Below, piece after piece: positions 57,577 to 64,000 of a stretch of DNA of 64,000 bases (position 1 is its first letter; each line of letters starts with the position of its first letter). Location of the stretch: the NCBI GenBank assembly GCA_951406725.2, contig OX597824.1, positions 13,268,001 to 13,332,000 of the forward strand, read 5' to 3'. A program made the translations under genes and the position numbers. This stretch comes from Octopus vulgaris (Eukaryota). Below the pieces are notes generated by a model. That model did no database searches. It worked only from the letters and a program-made list of their open reading frames with translations, and was not told the DNA's origin.

Positions 57577-57777
57577 ATTTCTTTACTACCCACAAGGAGC
57601 TAAACACAGAGGGAGCAAACACGGATTAAGTGCGTAACTGGTACTTAATTTATCGACCCCGAAAGGATGGAAGGCAAAGTCGACCTCGGCGGAATTTGAA
57701 CTCAGAACGTAACGACAGACGAAATACGGCTACGCATTTCGCCCGGCGTGCTTAACGGTTCTGCCAGCTCGCCGCCT
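57577..57777 (-). mobile_element. SINE family B monomer with TSD
   Basis: tctggtattataa on both flanks. Internal deletions. Confidence 0.88.
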
Positions 57778-58694
57778 TTTCATCTGGTATTATAAGCGTT
57801 CATAGAGGTCGTAAGAAATGTCAATGAGAAAATGTAGGTTTGGCATAATGTTGCGATAGATGCCGGTCTATGTTCAATGCTGTGAAATAGATCAAACAAC
57901 AACCTTGAAATTTTCAAGATTCCTTCATTATGAAGAATTTGCGTAATTACATAACATTAAAGTTATATTCATAGCTTGCTCTACAACAAGAGGCTTACAT
58001 TATTTAGAAAGCAACGTCGTATTCGACCTAACTGTAATCTTTAGGAGTTTCTCATAAGTTTAGCAAAGTATTTACATTAATCATTGGTGGAATGGAATGA
58101 TGAATTGTTGACATACAGTTCATAAAAGAATCACTGTCAGATGCTAAGGTGGAAAATCTAGATAGGACAACTAACAGAGCGAGATCAAATACGGGTTTTA
58201 GAATATAAAAACTAGTTAAACCAGACCCTGGCTGTAATTCGTATTGATCAAACATACCACATCACATCAAATGTCAAACAATTATTTACACACTAAATAA
58301 TTAATGCGTACGTAAACACACCCTCACCTCATACACATACTCCCGCTCTCTCTCCCTTTCGCTCTCTCTCCCTTTCTCTCTCTCGCTCTGTGCTTTTCTC
58401 TGAATCCCTCTGTCTCCCTATCTCACACACACACTCGTATATGTATTGCTGTTGAGGCCATACTACGACCGATTTGGTTGCAATGAACTTGTCATATTGC
58501 CATGGAAACGGCCGGAATGTGGACTCTAAAATTTAAAAAATATAAAACGCTACAAATGTACCATTATAGTTTGGAAGAAATCCTCTTCGTGCATGTCCCA
58601 TTATCAACGAAATTACCCAAATACACACACACACACACACATACACACACACAAACACACACATACACACACATATATATACATATATATATAC

Positions 58695-58739
<45 letters not shown>

Positions 58740-59229
58740 CACACACATATACATATATGTAAATACAAATACATATGTATATATATAATCTATACATATG
58801 TATATATATATATATACATAGACACACACGTGTGTATCTGTGTGTGTATTAGTAAGATAAACATATTTCTAAAATATTCAAATATTAGACTGTAAGAATC
58901 GGACATTAGTTTTTGATTATTGCTTGTTTTACATTAATTTCTCTAATCAAATGTAAATAATGACAACCTCGGTGCGTGTGTGTGTGTATGTGTGTGTGTG
59001 TGTGTGTATGTGTGTGTGTGTGCGTTGGTGTATGTATACGTATACATATACAAACATGTATATATGTATATTTATGTATGTGTGTATCTATATATATATA
59101 TATACACATACACGCTATATTGACTCATGCACATACTTCTTTACACAACACTCGTCTCTCTCTCTCTCTCTCTCTCTGTTTCTCTCTCTCTCTACACACA
59201 CACACCACCCACACACGTATATATATGTA

Positions 59230-60880
59230 GACGCGAGTGTTGAAATGAAAGTACTGTAAAAGTGGGAGGCATGGCTTTTAATTGACATACATTATTCAAA
59301 TTGCACATAAAACAGAGTAAACATGCCTCTATAGAAACTGTTCTTCCTGTTCTTCACTGCAGGAAAACACATCCTTCGAAGCAGAAGCAGAAGCAACGTG
59401 TCGTCGATGAGTTCTTAACGAGAGAGAAAGGTGCAGGTGATCCGCCATCCGCAGAAGGTTACAGATTGTTTACGGAGATAACCGCAATGATAAGACAAAT
59501 GTGTGTAGTTAGATCAAGAAATTTAAAAGAAAGGACAACCATCGTTGAAAATAAGGCACGCAGTGGGAGACTACCAACTGTGATCTCTGACATGAATCGC
59601 GAACGAGTAGATGAACTGATTAGCGCAGACAGGCGAATCAAATGCAGTGTTTGCCACATAACTCGTCTGCGCTCACAATACATTACAGAAGGTTGTAGAA
59701 AACTTATCAGAGAGTGTGTGCAAAGCGAGTACCATGGCCTTTGAACGAGAGGCGTTTGAAAGCCTACTCTAATCTGTTGAAAATATCTGAAGCTAATGTT
59801 TCCAATTGTATGACAATGGATGACAATGGATGAAGTATGTCTGCTTTTTTATGATCCGGAAACTAAAGTTTACAGTTCTATATTTCAGAGATGATGAATT
59901 ATGTACATTATTTACATTCGACGGATATTTGTCCTCATCTTGTTTGTTGTTAACATAACGTTTCGGCTGAGATACGCTCCAGCCTTTTTCAGGTGTCTTG
60001 GGGAAATTTCGAACATGGGTTCTCATTCCTAAGGTATTCTTCGATGTTATTTAAAAGAAAGGACAACCATCGTTGAAAACAAGGCACGAAGTGGGAGACT
60101 ACCAACAAACAATATGAGGACAAATGTCCGTCGAATGTAAATAATGTAAATAATGAACTAAAGTTTAGTTCTTAGAAAGGCATCACGCCTCTTCTCTACG
60201 ACCTATGAAATTCAAAAGCGGCTGATTGGCACAGAAAGTTATGATGATTGTAATTTTCCTTGATTTTTCCAGAAAGTGATTATAATGTGAAAAGCGAACC
60301 GTTGTTGCGTGTTCCTTCTCGAGCCATGCCTGGCTCATAAGGGTCGGTTTCCCGGTTTCATTGGCATACAGGTTCCCCAGCTAGACGGGAGGCCGATCCA
60401 TCACAGGTGAGCTGCAAGATGCAGGAGGCGAGAATGAGGGAAAGTTGTGGTGAAAGAACCAACAGAGGTTGAACGGTACATTGAGATAATCAAACAGATT
60501 AGAGAAGCCATCAGAAAGATGAGATCGAATTTTAATGTAAAAACGATTAACATTAACCATGACAACGCACAATCACACGCATCTTTGACAAAAACACGCA
60601 ACCGGCAAAATGGCTTTGTAAATTATAACCCGTCCATTGTACAGCTCGGTTCTAGTTGTCCCCGACTGCCACCTATTCTGTCCAATCCAGCGCAATATTC
60701 GGGTACAGAAATTTGATGACAAAGAGAAAGTGAAAGTAGTTGTGAAAAAATAGGTACAAGCAGCACACACCTGAATAAATTTCTCAAAGAGGACTCAAGT
60801 TGGGTTCAAAGATGGTGCGAATGCATTGCTTGTAATGGAGGCTACGGTATACAGAACATTTCTGCAGAGGAAAAGATACT
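59230..60880 (+). mobile_element. Fragmented mariner element with nested insertions
   Basis: KQR.V.EFL, ARSGRLPT...RVDELI.ADRRI, T.DE..V.FYDPETK, HDNAQSHAS and a P.S.DL.P.D-like motif. Confidence 0.8.
59890..60155. mobile_element. PLE-type module with a degenerate HHR (minus, 59952-59997) and an inverted 3' copy (60103-60150)
   Basis: Minus: acac CTGAAAA a ggctg..cagcc GAAA cg TT atgt. Inverted copy caacaaacaatatgaggacaaatgtccgtcgaatgtaaataatgta. Flanking aactaaagttta(ca)gttct duplication. Confidence 0.65.
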
Positions 60881-60915
60881 CCGTCACCATGTGCAATTAA
60901 TTTTCGATCCAGTTA

Positions 60916-60991
<76 letters not shown>

Positions 60992-61053
60992 ACACACACA
61001 AACACCTACATACACATACAGAAACACACACATATGCATACACACAAATATGC

Positions 61054-61117
<64 letters not shown>

Positions 61118-61260
61118 TATATATAAAAGAAAGGGAACCCATCGTTGAAAACAAGGCACGCTGTGGGAGACTACCAACTGTGACCTCTGACACCAAGAAT
61201 CGCAAACGAGTAGATGAACTGATTGGCGCAGACAGATGAATCAAAAGCAGTGTGTGTGTA

Positions 61261-61329
<69 letters not shown>

Positions 61330-61449
61330 TAACTGGACCGAAAATTAATTGCACATGGTGACGGAGTACCTTTTCCTCTGCAGAAATCTTCTGTATACCG
61401 TAGCCTCCATTAAAAGCAATGCATTCGCGCCATCTTTAAACCCAGCTTG
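60796..61449. repeat. Inverted duplication around a (CA)n/(TA)n/(TG)n core
   Basis: 60796-60916 is the reverse complement of 61328-61449. Confidence 0.9.
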
Positions 61450-61739
61450 TTTCTCTGTCTGTGTGTATGTATGCTTACACATATGTATATGCACACTTAG
61501 ACACGCACGATTTTGACACAGCCAAGCCCGTTCGTTGATATTTATTTTTATTATTACCTGGTGAAGCGGATACAATTTCGGCATTATTCACAAAATTATT
61601 CCATCTTTATGTATATTTAAATAAAACTGTGCGTGTGGATCAAATGTCTGTTTGTTTATTTCTTTATTTCTTTCAGTTTATTGTTGTACTTGTGCATGTA
61701 GGCATTTGTGTGCGTCTATACACACACACACGCACACAT

Positions 61740-61771
<32 letters not shown>

Positions 61772-61821
61772 GTAGATACATACATACATATGGACGGACA
61801 CACACACATACGTACATACAT

Positions 61822-62280
<459 letters not shown>

Positions 62281-62935
62281 AATAAACACACAGATAGAAA
62301 GATAACTACAGATGCATTCTTATGCGGAGAACAATTACATCCGCAGCCACACAAATAGGTAGTGAAATAAATATATACAAATATATACACACTCATACTT
62401 AAACATACGTATATACGCATATACATACACATATAGAGAAACAAGCAGTTTTCCTGAGAGTAAAAGAATAGAAATATATATTTCAGGCTGTATCCAGGTT
62501 GCTAATAAAACATATATGACTAGCGCGCGCTAGTTATATATATATGAACGTCTGCTTTTCTTTCATATGAACGTCTGCTTTTCTTTCATTTGTGGAGACG
62601 CACACATATATATATATGTGTATGTGCATACATCTTCTATGTTTTCTATAAAATATACACCATTTTATGTTATTTTCTATTATTACTTCAATTAATACAT
62701 TTTCTATCAAATGTTTGACTACTTATAAATATTTTGTTCCATAAATACCATGTTTCAAATCTAATGAATTATTTACGCCATCACTAGCAAACGCATAACT
62801 TTGATTAATGACAGAGTAATTACAATACAATTGTCTGTCTGTCTGTCTGTCTATCTGGCTGTCTATCCGTTAGTCAGTCTCTGTCTGTCCGTGTGTCTCC
62901 CTACCTACCTACCTACCTACCTACCTACCTACCTG

Positions 62936-62998
<63 letters not shown>

Positions 62999-63011
62999 GT
63001 CTATCTATCTA

Positions 63012-63070
<59 letters not shown>

Positions 63071-64000
63071 GTCTGTCTGTCTGTCTTTCTATCTATCATA
63101 TTCTCTTTCTGTCTGTCTTTTAAATTAGCCTTTTGTCGAATGTGAATGAATTTGGAAGACGGTAACTGTAGGGCAGCCCCTCTGTGTGTTCGTGTGCGTG
63201 CGTGTTTGTGTGTGTGTGTGTGTGTGTGTATTTATTGTTTACAAGAAAGTCTACAATCAGTTATTGTAGGTGGTGGCCTTTTGGAGCGTTTTGTAAGACG
63301 ACATATTCTAACGCCTTGTTCTTTAACAAAAATGGTTTTAGTATAGCTTGAGGGCTGCTTAGCAGTCATTTTCGTCACATTGTGCAACCACTTAAGGCTC
63401 CTTTCTCCGGCTGCTGTGTACCATTTATTGAAATTGGTAGGATGAAGAAGAACCGGGTTAATTGAAAAGGATTGCATTGCATGTGTACACTGAGGAGTTG
63501 GAAGTAACACAGGCTGAGAATATGGAGGTAGTATCTGTGTAATTCAGTTACTAGTCGAGGAAAGCGAGTTAATGAGCATAAAGTTATAGGGTTCAAAGCT
63601 ATACAATCAATAACACTGACGTTGCTATGCAGAAGAGAATTGTTTTGGAACTATGTTTTTTATTTGTTTAATTATCTTATTTGTTTTAATTAAAGTTTAA
63701 CCTCCTGCACCCGAAGCAGCAATAATGCATGGCTGAAGAATTTCAGCAAACTTCCCATGGGCTTCAGGTTTTAGATTAAGCTACAAAGCATGCAATGGGT
63801 GAACTTTCTATGGAAACACGCCAAAATAATTGTTGATCTCCGTTGATGACATTGTTATTTAAATACCATCGGCATCTTATCATCCACCAGGCAATGCAGA
63901 AAATTATGACTCGCCCTCTCCATGCTGCGGCTTGAATAAGGTTTACGCATAAACACGCACAAAACAAAAAGCGTGATAGCTTTGTTTCAATTATTTTGCC

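Noticed and set aside
57407-57622. Protein-like ORF QEYVVGFYFWKVDRSWSS...
   Set aside because: Its start lies in a SINE, there is an in-frame stop just upstream once the SINE is removed, and I recognise no family.

Overview
This is eukaryotic, AT-rich, repeat-saturated DNA. A mollusc-type 5S rRNA, the tRNA-derived SINE families and very dense (TA)n/(CA)n/(ACAT)n/trinucleotide microsatellites suggest a cephalopod, probably Octopus (inference). I cannot support any host protein-coding exon, and most ORF-track entries are microsatellite or SINE translations. Identifiable content: a 5'-truncated Penelope-like element (PLE) with an intact RT C-terminus plus GIY-YIG ORF and inverted pseudo-LTRs; several small (TA)n-embedded PLE-type modules carrying hammerhead ribozyme (HHR) motifs with variant cores; three or more SINE lineages; two Helitron families, one copy carrying a PIF1 helicase fragment; Tc1 and mariner remnants; R4/Dong, Tx1/L1 and CR1-like LINE remnants; MITEs; and a 5S rRNA copy split by a MITE. 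The most notable signals are SINE multimers joined at one fixed hairpin site, variant-core HHR modules in (TA)n, recurrent microsatellite-centred fold-back inversions with locally templated insertions, a CpG-rich 213-bp insert flanked by a target-site duplication (TSD), and an unidentified structured module between trinucleotide repeats. All calls are by eye and boundaries are approximate.
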